NCBI GenBank assembly: GCA_020137815.1
Contig: CM035355.1
Span: 6,324,001 to 6,388,000 of the forward strand
Length of the DNA stretch: 64,000 bases
Source: Hormiphora californensis
Taxonomy: Eukaryota; Animalia; Ctenophora
Direction of reading: 5' to 3'
Part shown: piece by piece, positions 25,255 through 40,000 of the stretch
How the letters are laid out: the number at the start of each line of letters is the position of its first letter
Position numbering within the stretch: position 1 is the stretch's first letter
Made by a program: the position numbers and the translations under genes
The notes under the pieces: model-generated
Database searches by the model: none
Told to the model about the DNA's origin: nothing
What the model saw: the letters and a program-made list of their open reading frames with translations, nothing else

Positions 25255-25421
25255 GTTGCATGATGAGCTCCAAATTATATTACTGTTTTTCAAAAAGCTG
25301 CCTCGCAAGAAAATCTGAACTTATGTTTTTTGTACCTTTAGCCTGTTTACTGTTACTTGAAACTAATACCCAACTAATATCATTACTCGTTATCATTAGC
25401 CGTCTGAAAAACACCTCAAAA

Positions 25422-26344
25422 ATGAGGAAAAAGCTGATTGTTGGTAACGTTTGCAAGGACATCATCTACTCTTGTGCCACCTACCCTGATGAGGATAGTA
25501 AGGTGAAGGTAACGAACAGGACAATCCGATTGGGTGGTAATGCGGGTAATATTCTTCAAGTTATGCCACAGTTGTGCACCGACTACCCAAATGGTGAGGG
25601 TGTCTGTGGTTACGTGAAACTCGGTTCCTGTTCATACAGTCAGGAGGTTGCAGAATTCCTACGAGGAAAACTCGGTAATGGCACTCTTTACACCTCGGTC
25701 CAGGAGGGGGCGACCCTCCCAGAATCGGTAATAATTGCCTCAGAGGGCACTGGATCACGGACATGTCTCCACTACAGGGGGGACTGTGAAGATTTAACAT
25801 TGAAAGAGTTTCAACGAGACATAGATCCTGTTCAGTTTGGTTGGATCCATTTTGAGTTTAGGAGGAATTCTGAGGAGGTTGTTAAGATGATCAAGTTTGT
25901 TAGAGAGGTGAATCCACTTGCCCAGATATCTTTAGAGATAGAGAAGGTGAGAGAACACATGGATGAAGCGTTAGGGTTAGTTAACTGGGCCTATTGTCAG
26001 TAAAGACGTTTCGCGGGATCTTGGTTGTGAGACCCTAGAAGATGCTCTGGAGTTCCTAGCTACCCAAATTAGAATTACGGGATTATAGAAATGGTCTGGT
26101 AGGTGACCTGGGGTGATCAAGGAGCCTGGATTTATTGAGAGAGGAATCAGGGGACGGTGTCCTGTTGAGAAAATACCTGAGAGAGAAATAGTCGATTCTA
26201 TAGGGGCCGGTGATACTTTTACTGCGGTCTTTGTTAGTATGATGTCATGACGGCTTTACATGTGGCGGGGCAGTGGACAGTGCATGCTGGTTTGCTGGGA
26301 AAAAGCTTAAACAACATGGCTTTGAGGGACTTTTAAATAGATAA
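25422..26344 (+). CDS. KHK: Ketohexokinase-like PfkB sugar kinase; intronless; 3' part broken by several indels
   Basis: MRKKLIVGNVCKDIIYSCATYPDEDS..RLGGNAGN, FGWIHFEFR, ISLEIEKVRE, then in shifted frames VSKDVSRDLG, VTWGDQGA, IVDSIGAGDTF (PfkB signature) and AGKKLKQHGFEG. Confidence 0.85.
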
Positions 26345-26656
26345 TTTTATGGCCTCAGGTCTGGTAAATTTTACCTTTTCGTGATTATTATTGTTTCATG
26401 TTGTTTTTGCCCGACAAATATATTGCATTTAAAAATTAATTTTTGTTAAAGAGTTTAGAGATTTTATAAACACGAGAAAAATTAGTTCAGTTAATCATTT
26501 GTTTAGTAACTTTGCAAAGTTACAGCAGTCATAACTCTAACTTAAACAGTTTGTTAAACTAAAGAAACACAATTATTTCACTGGTGATCATATTTCATAA
26601 GTTTCTAAATCTAAATCTAACATCCTTACATTCAGCACCCCCAATGGTATTACGAA

Positions 26657-27070
26657 ATGGCAAGTGATTCCTCCGAATCAGACTGTCCTGATCATTTGAA
26701 GCAATACCGAGCATACAAAAAGAAACAACAACTGAAACGCTCCGCAAAACTAAAACAATCCTCTGCCACTCCTGATCCTAACCCTCCAACGTCCCTGCTA
26801 GACCATCCTCTCACATTTCTACTTCTAAAACTCGTTATTTGGGTATGTGGTCTATTGTTCTTTGCACATCACGAGTTTGGGAGTGTCTACTTTCTTGCCT
26901 CGATACCCGTCGCGGTGTGGTTCAGTATGGAGGAATGGAAGAGGGGTCCGGGGGAACTGAGCGCTTATAGTGTGTTTAATAAAAATATGGAGCGATTGGA
27001 TGGGCAGTTCACATCGGAACAATGGGAGAAGGAGCTGAGGTATGGGGCTGCATCACTTCAACAATCATAG
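26657..27070 (+). CDS. SAYSD1: SAYSVFN-domain membrane protein
   Basis: Hydrophobic hairpin with EFGSVYF and the diagnostic GELSAYSVFNKNMERLDGQFTSEQWEKELR. Confidence 0.93.
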   Translation: MASDSSESDCPDHLKQYRAYKKKQQLKRSAKLKQSSATPDPNPPTSLLDHPLTFLLLKLVIWVCGLLFFAHHEFGSVYFLASIPVAVWFSMEEWKRGPGELSAYSVFNKNMERLDGQFTSEQWEKELRYGAASLQQS

Positions 27071-27397
27071 GAGTTAGAGGTATGGGGCTGCTTCACTTCA
27101 ACAATCATAGGAGTTTGAATATTTCTAACCTAAGTGTCCAATGTACACTGTATAACAGAGGGGTTAAATAAATCAAAACAATATATTGCATAGTGAGTTG
27201 AAATATATTACGGGGTGTTCTTTTCCTCCAGTTTAGTTTCGGGTTGTGTTGTGTAACATTTTCATTTTGTTTTATCTGTTTTGTGAGTTTTGTGAATTCC
27301 TATTTTAATCCAACCTTAATTTCTCTGCTCAAATGAAGATCTATGAACTAAACTCCCCCTCTCTGTATAGCAGCTGATGACATAGAACTGAATCACG

Positions 27398-29912
27398 TTG
27401 GAACACCTTGTACTCGGCAAAAACAATGTCCTCCTCCATGATCCAACTATTAGTGGGTCAGCTGGATACCTCTCCCTAACATCATACCCCCACGGCCTCC
27501 AACTGGGCTGGTCAGATGACTCTGGAAGCAAGGTGTCAGTGGTGTTAGAGTGGGTGAAGAGTGTGAAGAGTGTGAATGTTAGCAAGCAGATATTTGTAAC
27601 TAATCACAACTTGGAGAGAAAGGTGAGTTTAGACGAGTTTTAGAGAAGAAAACTAAACTTATTTACTGAATATTTGGCTTGGTATCGAAGACACCTCACA
27701 CTCTTCGCGTGCCGGCAAGGGAGGGGTAACTTCGTTACCAAATATTTGGCTAGCAAACAATCTACTTCAATCCTTGTTCTCTTCCTTCTCTTACCGTGCC
27801 TTGGGTTAGAATATAATTACAACCGAATTCCAGGTTATTTCGTTTGAAAAGGGCGGCTACGAAGAGACGGTGGCGGCTCTTAAAAAATGGAGTAGAAAAC
27901 AACGAGTTGAAATAGTTGAAACAGAAATAGGTTGGTGGTATATGTTTGGTTAACACTACTATTTTCTATCTCGCCCACTTTGTCTCATGATCGCGAACTA
28001 TTCATTACTATCCCGCTCCCTTCACTACCTATCTGTCCACCACTAACATATCACTATACAATCTCCTGCAGGTATGTTCCTGGTTCCCATGACTGATATG
28101 ATAATCTACCCAACTCTCTCCTTGTTGCTATGGCAACGATACCTCTCTAAGGAGGGCGTCATTCCAGGTACAGATTTATAGTGGGTCCTAAGGGTCATGA
28201 ATATGCTTTTAGGTCTTAGACTTTGGAGCGCACAGGCACTTCTCTTTAGCTCCTATAAAATGTAGAGAGACTTTTCTAGGTATGGATTACAATAATTCCA
28301 GTCACTAACCACTAAACCCATTCTAGACGGTGTGAGCATGAGGAGGGTGGTATATGAGGGTGAGGTATCAGATGAGGCGAGGGGTGAGGTTTGGAGGGTA
28401 TTGTTAAAACTACATCTGGAGCAGCATACCCACCGTCAGAGAAGCTATAGGAATACACTACTGACAGAGAAACACAGGTCGGTGTGGGAGCTTAGTGCTG
28501 GTTTCACTGTTTTCAATACTAGCTGAGCTATATTCCCCCTCCTTTAGATCTGGCGGTGAGAGAAAGAAGAATCATACGTTATTCTTCTTTCTCTCACCGC
28601 CAGTTCTAAAAGAGGGGGAATATAGTGCTTATTCCACAATATCTGTGAATTCTATTGAAATGAAAACACTTTCAAAACAGGGACATAAAGCTCAAAGTGC
28701 CTACAGATGTTGAATCCAAGGAGTATGAAGCCTTCAAATGTGCCATGGTAGCTGTTGAAACTGATTGTAGAAGAACTGAATCCAGTAACCCACTATTCTC
28801 AGGTTAGTACGACTTTTCCTTGGTAAGAACACGAGCAATTCGACCCCTTTCTATGGTGACTATAGAAGTGACAATTCCATTATATTGACCTCGAACTTAT
28901 CGTACCCCGTTAAAAAGCTCGGGCTGAAGAAAGATGAATTCGTCTGATAATCTCCCTCGATCTAGGTCCTGATAACCCAAACCAGGCGTGTCTGAAGCGA
29001 CTACTAATCCATTACTATCTACACCGACCAGAGATTGGATATGTTCAGGGCATGTCCGACCTTCTCATTCCCCTTTTTACCGTCATCAGGTACGGATAGA
29101 GAGGGAGAGAGGGGGTGGTACATAAATTATATACAGGGTACATCACACATTTAGAGCTGTCTAGTTCTAATTGAGCTAGAAAATTAATATACTAGATCAA
29201 ACCAGTATTCCAGTATACCTCTGCGTGACTTTACTAATCCTTACTATAACACCTAATTACTGCTCTACAGAGTTGAAAGTGAGATATTTTGGTGTTTTGA
29301 TGCCATAATGAACCGTTCTGCGTTCAGTCAGGGAGAGAACTGTGATCTACACCATCAGCTTGCTTTCCTTCGTGAGGTAATCACTTTGATAATTACTGAG
29401 GTACTAACAATTAGTGTCATAGCTGTCAGTGCGATACCTGACTTCGCTCCGCTTACTTCTGAGTGAAGCGCCCAAGAAATGAACAAAGGACAACCCTTTT
29501 TCAGGTAGTGGGATTGTTTTTACCGGACATCTACAACTACCTCAGTACAACAGGTGATGCCCTCACCCTCACTTGTTGCCATCGGTGGTTTCTTCTCTTC
29601 TTCAAAAGAGAGTTCTCCCTCCCCGATCTCCTTCCTCTCTGGGATACCCTTCTCTCAGCCCCATCACCCTTCTTTCAAGTATTCATCAGCGCCGCAATGA
29701 TCTCTCTCTACTTTCCATCCTTTCTCAAATCAAACTGTACCGCTACTGACTATACTGATGAGGATGCCAGGGTCTCGCGGGGAGGTTTGATGTTAGGTAC
29801 AGTTATTAAAACTGCCAGGACCTTGTATAGGGATCTGTTGAACATGCCTGTTGTACCTTGTAGCCTGAGACCGCTGGTCGGTCAACAGGGTGTCGCGTGG
29901 CATGGTTACTAG
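27398..29912 (+). CDS. TBC1D16: TBC-domain Rab GAP, TBC1D16-like, multi-exon; start unresolved
   Basis: N-terminal LGKNNVLLH..GYLSL..LGW. TBC motifs ARGEVWRVLL, VETDCRRT, IGYVQGMSDLLIP, EIFWCF and CHRWFLLFFKREF..LWD. Confidence 0.75.
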
Positions 29913-30108
29913 AATTCCAAGTTTTTAATTGCTTTGAGTGTAAAAAGGGTAAATGTAAATAATCATAATTGATGTGTGTGTAATATTAAATGTAGCATGG
30001 GTTAAAATTGTATCACAAAAAGCGGTTTATAATCGTCTTAATTTAATTGGTGTTAATTTGAATTGGTGACAATATATATTCCCGTTATATCACTACTCCC
30101 GTTGTACT

Positions 30109-31384
30109 CTAACCTCTGGATCCCCCTCTCCCCCAAAGTCCACCACAACCGTATACTGAGGCTTTACCCTGATCCTGAATGAGTACTTTAACTCTTGAGG
30201 CAGGGTTAACAGATGGAGTAGTTGGCATCGAGTGAATTGTATCTCCCCGGTCTAAGATAGAGCAGCATAGCAGAAGGGTCTTGTAAAACACATACAGCAC
30301 GGTGAAAATGGTGTAAATTGCTGCGGGAAGGAAATTAAAAAACATGATGGTGTAATCTATGAACCTCATACATTCATCATCCAGCGGTTTTTGTAGAAGA
30401 TACCCCTCGTCACTAACAAAAAGGCAGCTGTCTGGAATCTTATGACTCATCATTTGATACACAGGCACCAATAGCACGGAGTACCGTCCCAAAACTTGAT
30501 AAGGCTGATACAATACTAAGGGACACCCATGCCATGAAGATCTTCTGTTTCTTACTTTTCTCAACGTGGGCTTTCAGATCGATCTCCTGAAGAAGACTCC
30601 CATCCTCCTCTGTCATATTCTTCTTTCCTCTCTTTTTCTCTACCCTCTGTCTCTCATGGTCTATCTGTTCCGCAATGTAAGGTTATCTTTTAGTTTGATC
30701 ATCTGCGATATGAGAGGCACCATTGACACAATAGCCGATATCACATTCCGGACAATAATCGTTCTATTTGGATGGGTCGACATGTACTTTTCAATCCAGA
30801 AATACTCCAAAAACAACTCCACACAGTCCTCTGTCATGTAGATTATGATAGAGACATAGAGATTACTGATAGCAGTGGGTGATAAAGCGACCATGGACAA
30901 AGTAAAGTTCCCTTCTCTTCGTGGTGTTATGATCACATCCCAAAAGTTCCCGATTACCAGAATTAACAGTGGTGTTTTTAGTGCTCCAAGTGCTGAAAAT
31001 CCAATCAGAGCATTGTTAACCAGGGGGTTTCTAGTTATACTAGAGTCGATCATCTCCCCTTGTTCCAGTTTAAAGAAGTATATTCCATCGAGTGCCACAT
31101 CTATCGTGTCCCATATTAGCGGTATTATGGGTACCACATAAACACTGAGCCTTATGATATAACTTTGCATTGACGCCGGTAACCATCTCATGACCATGCG
31201 AGCCGGTTTACCGGTCTTTTGTTCTCGCTTCTGTTGAAGGAGTTGTTGTTTGTTGAAGTTCCTCCAGATGAGGGGAATACCGACCACAGTACAGAGAATT
31301 GAGAAGAAGGTGGGGAATGTGACACAGGCATAGCAAGCAACGGGTGTCAGGCGGGGTATCCACTGTTGGCGTATCCCACAGTAC
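30109..31384 (-). CDS. Uncharacterised multipass membrane protein (ORFs 30661-31581 and 30109-30564 join through two frameshifts); upstream exon(s) likely near 31600-31870
   Basis: Several hydrophobic helices (IIPLIWDTIDVALDGIYF; IIIYMTEDCVELFLEYF). The bridging frame at ~30470-30670 reads QIDHERQRVEKK..KIFMAWVSLSIVSALSSFG. Acceptor ctgcag at 31385-31390. Confidence 0.6.
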
Positions 31385-32125
31385 CTGCAGTAGAAAAGTG
31401 TAATTAGAATAGGAGTGTCAATAGAGTAGGGGAGGGGGCCGGGGGTGTCAGTAGAATATATGAGCCGGGTTGTACTGTCAAGTGTCAATAGAATATGGGC
31501 TAAAAATATAATAGGGGGTCTCAGTAAAACAGGTGGTGTCAGTAGATTAGGGGGGGAGGGGATCAGACCAAACCAAAACACAAATCTTGCGATGCCTGAG
31601 ATGATACATTGAGGCAGACTTAAAAGCTAGAGTTGTCAAAGCTGATATGATGAAGAGTAAGAGTCAAACTGCATGCCCTGTCAAGATCTGCAGTAGCTTG
31701 CAAAGTTTACACTTTTTACTGTCTCTACCACTACACACACAATATTCTATACACGCATTATACACAACTATACAGAGACTAACTTGTGAAATTACCCACA
31801 TTTTGTTGAGATGACCGATCTGTGCACAAAAAGTACCATTACCACCATGTTCTGGGTTCATGGACATGTAGCTAAGCAACAAAGATCAAGGATTATTAAA
31901 ATATGTGGTCGGGGAGACTTTTTAGTGGTTGAGAGGGGGTATCTTAAATAGTATACACAAGACATGAACATAACATTTCTCTCAATAGACAAACAAGCTG
32001 CCTCTGAACAAGCATGTTGACTGTCAACAATCTTGTTAAAAGAGGCCCATGGAATGACAAGTTTTTACTTTTCCAATATGACGGGACACCACTGTTTTCC
32101 AATAAAATCAACTTTCTCTTTTAGG

Positions 32126-33594
32126 ATGTCCACTCTCATGGAGTACTCGGACCACATCCTTCATTTCCTCCTTACATTCGGGCTGATCCTACTTGGTCGA
32201 GCCTACATGGAACGGAGACGAGGTCGTGCTAAACAAGCTCAAAAACAGCCCACTATACCTGGTCTGAAACAACGGGATGAAGCTAGTGGTAATTTAGTGG
32301 ACATTGGTCATGCTGGTAGTTTTCATCAGTTCCTATCTGATCTACACCACCAATATGGTGATATCGCTTCTTTCTGGTTTGGTCCAACCTACTGTGTCTC
32401 AATCTGTTCCCCTGAACTCTTTACACAGCACGGAAATGTATTCGATCGGCCGGCACTGTTCTTCAAATTATTCGTCCCGTTTATCGGTGAAAAATCACTT
32501 CAGTACGCTAATGGAGAGGATGCTAGAGAGAAAAGAAAGGAGTACGACAGGTCAATGTCTCACCGGGCTGTATCTCAGTACATCCCGGATTTCATTACAG
32601 CCAGCGAGGAAATATGTGGTGACATTGAGCGTGACATCGCTAACAACAAACCCACCCGATCAACAACCCTGATGCACCATTTTGCAATGAAATCTAGTCT
32701 TTGGACACTTTTTGGGCGCTCCAGTGCGGACCCGGCTCAGTTTATTGACTACTACAACGACTGCTGGGGCGAAATGGAGTCCCGTATGGGCGGGGACATG
32801 CCCGAACCTGGCTCAGACAAGGAACGGACAGTTCACGGAAGCGCTGAATGGTGCCAAGGAGTTCGTTAGGGATGTGGTGAGGGGGCGTGATGAGGACTGG
32901 GGACACAGAGGAGGAGAGATTTATTGATGTCTTGGTCCGGAATTCTGGTGATGACGAGGAGCTTTTGATTGCGGATGCGATAACTTATGTCGTGGGGAGT
33001 TCCCATACAACGGCAAACTCTCTCGCTTGGGCGGTTTACTATCTAGCCACACACCCTGATATCCAAACCCGAGCACGAGATGAGGTTGACATGGTTCTGG
33101 AGCAGGGAGGAGGAATGGTAACCAAGGAAACGATACCAAAACTCACTTACCTACGACAAGTTATAGATGAGACACTGAGATGTGCAGTCTTGGCACCCTT
33201 CGCTGCCCGTGTATCTGATAATCCCACCGAAATGGCCGGTTTTGCTATCCCACCTGGGACTCCTGTGGTGCATGCCCTCGGAGTGGCCCAACAACACCCA
33301 AAATACTTTCCCGATCCTCAAACATTCAACCCGGAACGATTCTCCCCCGAAGCGATCAAATCCCGTCCGGCAATGGCTTTTAAACCGTTTGGGTTCGCTG
33401 GAAAGAGAGTGTGTCCTGGGTACAGATTTGCGTATGTTGAGGCTAGTGTCTGTCTAGTTGAGATGTTGAGGAGGTATCACTGGGAGCTGGTGGATGGACA
33501 TGGGGAGGTGGAGAGGGTGTATGGGCTGGTTACACACCCATCGATCGAGGTGATGGTTAACTTTACAAAGAGAGAGAGTAGTGATGTCAGGTAA
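32126..33594 (+). CDS. CYP20A1: Cytochrome P450, CYP20-like; intronless; two apparent indels near 32825 and 32885
   Basis: N-terminal TM, IPGL..GNLVDIGHAGSFHQFLSDLH..YGDIASFWFG (CYP20-type), I-helix GSSHTTA, ETLR (ExxR), FNPERF, and heme motif FGFAGKRVCPG. Confidence 0.87.
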
Positions 33595-33854
33595 ATCCTC
33601 CAGTAGATGTGGCCAGATGAGTGACATGAGGGTTTGGGTAGATGTGTAGAACAATTGTATAGAGTTACATGTGTGTATAGTTTTAATAATCGGCATTTGT
33701 TGGGCTCATATAGCACGGGTTTCATTGGTTTTATTGCCTTTTATGTAGGATTTTTAACACTTTTATAAACTAATCGATTTGTTTACAGTTCTCTTCTACC
33801 TCGCTAACCTAGTTTCTTATTCTTCTCTAGCAATGTCGATATTATGACGTCATT

Positions 33855-35205
33855 ATGATTTTCCTTCTCTCTGCGTTCCTTCCCCTTCTGGGCGTGGTAG
33901 CGGACCAAAAACAGCCGGACTACTCGGATGTTAGGCTGTACTGTAGAGATCTGCCTGTGGAACAGTATTACTGTGATACTAGGCTTCAAATAATGAAGTC
34001 TCTCGAGGTGAGTGGGGTCTAAGTATTTCAAGCAATACTTTTACACAGTTTTTAACAAACATATTTTATTGATTAAATTCCTTAAAGTTGCTTAAATTGG
34101 ATATCTTGAACTACAGTTTATTGGTGTCTCACCCCCCCCCCCCCCTTTCAGGCGTACCCAACATGTGAGAAGAAGAACTCACAGCCATGTTGCAGTATGA
34201 ACAGGACTATAACCACCTACTGCTATCCTAAGAAGGACGTTTGGTGTATTGGAGATGACCAAACTGATATTACGGTAATTGTTTTACACTCTGTTTCTAT
34301 TATTGGAAAATTGTCTTATTGGAAAATTGTCTTGGGGTATGATACTTATTCGAAATATGATCTGAATTTTGCAGTACCTCCTAATTATGTATTTCCAGCA
34401 ATGGTCAGGAGGACATGAAGCCTTTACAAAAGAAGAGCCTTGTCGGTACGTGACAGGATATGATTACCGTACTGCCCTTGTCCTTTCTGTATTCTTGGGA
34501 ATGTTCGGTGCAGATCGATTCTATCTTGGGTAAGTTTGGTGATTTCAAAAAGGTTTTCAGTTTAATTTATATCTCTCGATTTTTAATCTCTGCACAGAAC
34601 ACCCTTGAGTCTTGACATAAACTTTTAACTTATAAAAATTAGTTCGCTTCGAATTTCGAAAACACTGATGAGTGTGTATCGTGGCACAAACATCGTTTCG
34701 GGCACAGTTTTGCGTGTTCGATGTCTGAGCGCGCACGTCATGCGGATTGTTTTTAGAGATCGTGGCGCGCTCACACTCAGACCGTGGGAAAATTTCACCC
34801 GAAACAGGGAAATTAACTAAATTTACTGTCTTGCTCGACCCTGTCTCCCCGGGCCAAAACAAGGAAATAAGCTTAAATTGTTTTTGATATGGACAACAAT
34901 AACAGTGACCCAAATAATCCAAGCCCCGCTATTATAACGGTCACTGATCAGTGATCACATCCCGTTCCCACAGATACTACGCCATTGGCCTGCTGAAATT
35001 CTGTACCTTTGGTTTCTTTCTACTAGGACAATTGGTTGATATAATCCTCATTGCTACCCAGACAGTAGGGCCAGCTGACGGGTCGGACTACTTTATTGGA
35101 TTCTATGGGCCCATACTGAACCGAGTCCATATGGAAAACCACACTTTCTTTCAATACGGCACTTATTATTTCAAGAGTGACAGCTCATTTAGGGATGAAA
35201 TGTGA
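33855..35205 (+). CDS. TM2D1: TM2-domain protein 1-like, 4 exons
   Basis: Signal peptide MIFLLSAFLPLLGVVA; PCRYVTGYDYRTALVLSVFLGMFGADRFYLG|YYAIGLLKFCTFGFFLLGQLVDIILIATQTVGPADGSDY. Confidence 0.88.
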
Positions 35206-35481
35206 AGGACGCTTAAATAATGTGATGTACTTTGCGGCAATGCCCGGACATAGCAACAGGGAGAGTTTGTTACTTTAAATAAGAGAACAACGACTGGCTT
35301 GAATTTACAGTTCCACTCAACTCTTCCATTCTTGCCATGGGACTGGCGATGAGACGCTAATGTGTGTTTGTCTGTTTTCTAATATATTGCTTTTATTTTG
35401 GTACACCTATTACCCGATGATGCATGATTGATTTATATTATTTCTCAAGTCTCGACTCCCCTCCCTTCTGATACTGTAGTT

Positions 35482-36706
<1,225 letters not shown>

Positions 36707-37041
36707 TGGTGAATATTTACTGATTACTGATTAGTCTATCCCTTTCCCCCTCCCTTCCTCTCTCTTCCTTGCAGTAGTACAAGGGGAATCTTCAGAATTC
36801 AGTAATCGATGTTATGAGTTATGTACGGGTTGAGAACTTAATTTGTTGTCAGATTTCTTCTATTTTTCGTTTCTGTTTATTGTTACTTCATTTTGATTAT
36901 AGTTTCCTTAACAATTCCATTTGATTAAATCCTTTTAACTTGTCTTACTAACCAGTTTTACCTTGTTTAGCTAGCCATGATGTAGTGTCGAAAAGCTAAA
37001 AACCTCAAAACATCTAAAATACCTACTCCTCATCTCCAATA

Positions 37042-40000
37042 ATGGCGGCTCTATCATCAGCAGGTAAAATCTGAAATCTCGATAACTATCTCTCCTATCC
37101 AACATCCCAAGAATTGTAAACCCCGCATAGTATAGTCCTAGTCACAACAGAATAGTGTTCTCCTCCCGTTCTCCTAAACCCTCCTTTCCACACTCTTTCC
37201 CAGAGCTAGAGGGGGTGTTCCTAAAGATTGTGAACTGTGAAGCAGATGAAAAACTGGAGGGAATACTCAAAAGATTTCTTGTACCCGTTCTGCTATCTAC
37301 AGCCGATCCAAAACTGATCACCAAGGTTCGAGTCAATTACCATGTGCTGTATAATAGCTCTTTTTCCATACTGACTACCTAAATTGATATAAACAGTTGT
37401 GATAACAACTTTTGTGGTAGCTCCGCACCGTCCACGGTTTTATTTGAGGTCTTAGCAAAACAGCCACGTGAATAAACAGTTGTTACACGAGAGAGGAGAG
37501 GCATAACCACTACGTAACTGCCACATAATAATGCTAACTCCCACCTAACTATTCGACAGGTAAATGAACTGCTGGTGCATATAAACAAGCGTCTCAACCT
37601 GAGGACTGCAGTCCAGTTACCCCTGCTAGAGTTACTGGATGTCCTACAGGAGAAGAACCTTCCTCCCCTCATCATGGTAGGATTTTAACTTTGGCTACCA
37701 AAGTTTGGTATGACATCATGTTACCTAAGATTTAGTAGCTCTAATGGGAGAATCTGAGAATGAACAGATCTAACTGGTATTGTTAACTTGACTCTCTCTC
37801 TATCTCTAGTTCTAGCTCTAGTCTTTTGTCACTCCCCACATCATCTCTCAGAATCTGACCGTGCTGTTGGTAAAGAAAGCCTTTGAAAGAATGGAGCTTA
37901 CTGAAAGGGTGACAAATACCAATTCAGTGCTAGCAGCTGTTCCTTACAAAACACCCTTCGTTACCAATGTGTGAGTAAATAAGAATTCACTGGAATCCTA
38001 AAAACCGGCCATTTGCCAATTACCATGTTTGTGGGTGAAAAAAGAGTTGATTTAGAAGTTCAGTGGTAATCAATGTAAACTATATTCCACCCCCGTTCCA
38101 ACCCACAACATCACGGTGATGTCATCACCCCACTCCTGCCTCCCGATAATAACATTCTACCATAGGTTGCTATCAATGTTACTGCGATCACTCGGTGCAC
38201 TGAAGATCCCCAACTACCGAGAAAAACAGGAGAGCCTCTTCCCTGCCCTGCTCTCCCCTGCTGCGGGTGATTTACAAAACAAGTTGTTCCAGTTTGCCCT
38301 AACAGTTGTGTTGATACCGTACTCAGCCCTGGAGGAGACGAATCCTGATGTTGTGTTTCCATCTCTTGGAAACAAGGCCATCAAAGGTTTGTGTTCTAGC
38401 ACGAAAACTGTTGTTATGGTAACGGAATTCCTATGTTCGGTATCCATGGTAACACGTTTTCAGATGTAATCCAGCAGAGTGGAGGGGTAACGGGTGCTGA
38501 ATTAGAGGCAGCAAAAACAACTCTGGTAACGTTGGTCAGCTGTGAGATATTCTCCCATCCCCTCGCCACAGCTCTTCTTGTTGCTGCTACAGCCGATACA
38601 CGGTGCAGGTACTATATACTCGTGAGTTTCACTTTCACTAATAGTTTCACTTTCACTAATAGTTTCACTTACACTAATAGTTTCACTTTCACTAATAGTT
38701 TCACTTTCACTAATAGTTTCACTTTCACATTCTTCTCTCGAATTTCACTGTCAAGACATTTGTTTCAGTGTCTCGGATGCGGCTGAAAGTCGATTAAAGA
38801 AACTGCGAGCTGAGGTTAACTGGGAGAATGCTCGAATTGTAAACCTTCTCTACTCCTTCTATCTTGGTACAGAGAAGATTCCGGCAAACCTAAGATCCTC
38901 AATGGATCTTCGTGCAGGGTCCCTGAGGTTGCGAATGAAGGTGTTACCTGTACTGGCCACTTCTACACGGGCTTCTAATACTTTCCCACTAAATCTACAG
39001 GTGAGGAATGGCATGAGTGCAGTATAACGGACACGTTCTTCCTACTTTACTTAAACAAGATTAATTGCATTATGTTCTAACATAATGCTGAATTTCCCTG
39101 CCATGAGAATCTATGGAGAAAGGAAATCATGAACAGATCCGCTGTAGCTATCACACAAACAGTATAGAGCAAATCCTTGTGTTTTAGTAGCACTAAATTG
39201 CGCGCCACGCCGCCACATTGCGCGCCACACATTTCCTGAAAACGTGCCAATGAAGTGGTTTATGAAGGAGCAGCTCGTAACTGTGTGCGCGCCTCTTGTT
39301 GCTACACCGTTGCCCCTCGCAACTAAAGTGTGACCAAAATGGTCCCTCTACCGATTAGTTAGTATACCAAAATGTCGTTTTCGAATTCTAACCCTGCTAT
39401 GCCTTTTTGCAAAGCAAAAAGGCATCCGGGTGAATGCCTTCGGCATTCACCCGGGCAGGGAAAAAATCCACCCATCTCCCCCAATAAACATAAAAAGTTT
39501 CAAAGATAATAATAAGTTACCCAACTATTTCAGGTTATCTACGGTGCACTGTTTAGCTCTGATTCGAATACCCAGCTGCAACACATGGGTGTGGCTCTAA
39601 TTCACCGGATATGTGATACGGCCAGTGATGCCGTTATCAAAGCCATCGGTAAGTGCAGCAGCTGAGGAGTTCTAAGTTTGGGAAATTGCCCCAAATAGGG
39701 ACGTGGCTTCGTAACCAAGCTTTCTAAGTTGCCATGCTGTAACACTCGGCCCGGTCCAGAGAGTGTAGTCTTTAGTGGGATGTAAGTTCTAAGGGACTTG
39801 TTAGTTGTTGTTGAATGTCTATCTGGCGGCGCTGACCCTGTGCTGCCAGATTGTATTGGCGCCGCCAAACAATCGAATGTCGAGTTTTGAGAATAGAGTT
39901 CAGGGGAGATCTTTGTTTCTTTTAGGTTCTACTAACACACATCTAACATGACACACCACTATTATTCAGGGGGAATGGTAAAGCAAGCTTTGTTGAAGTT

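Noticed and set aside
25152-25421. 90-aa N-terminal extension of the KHK ORF
   Set aside because: It starts inside a MITE and runs through an acceptor-like tract. Homology begins at ATG 25422.
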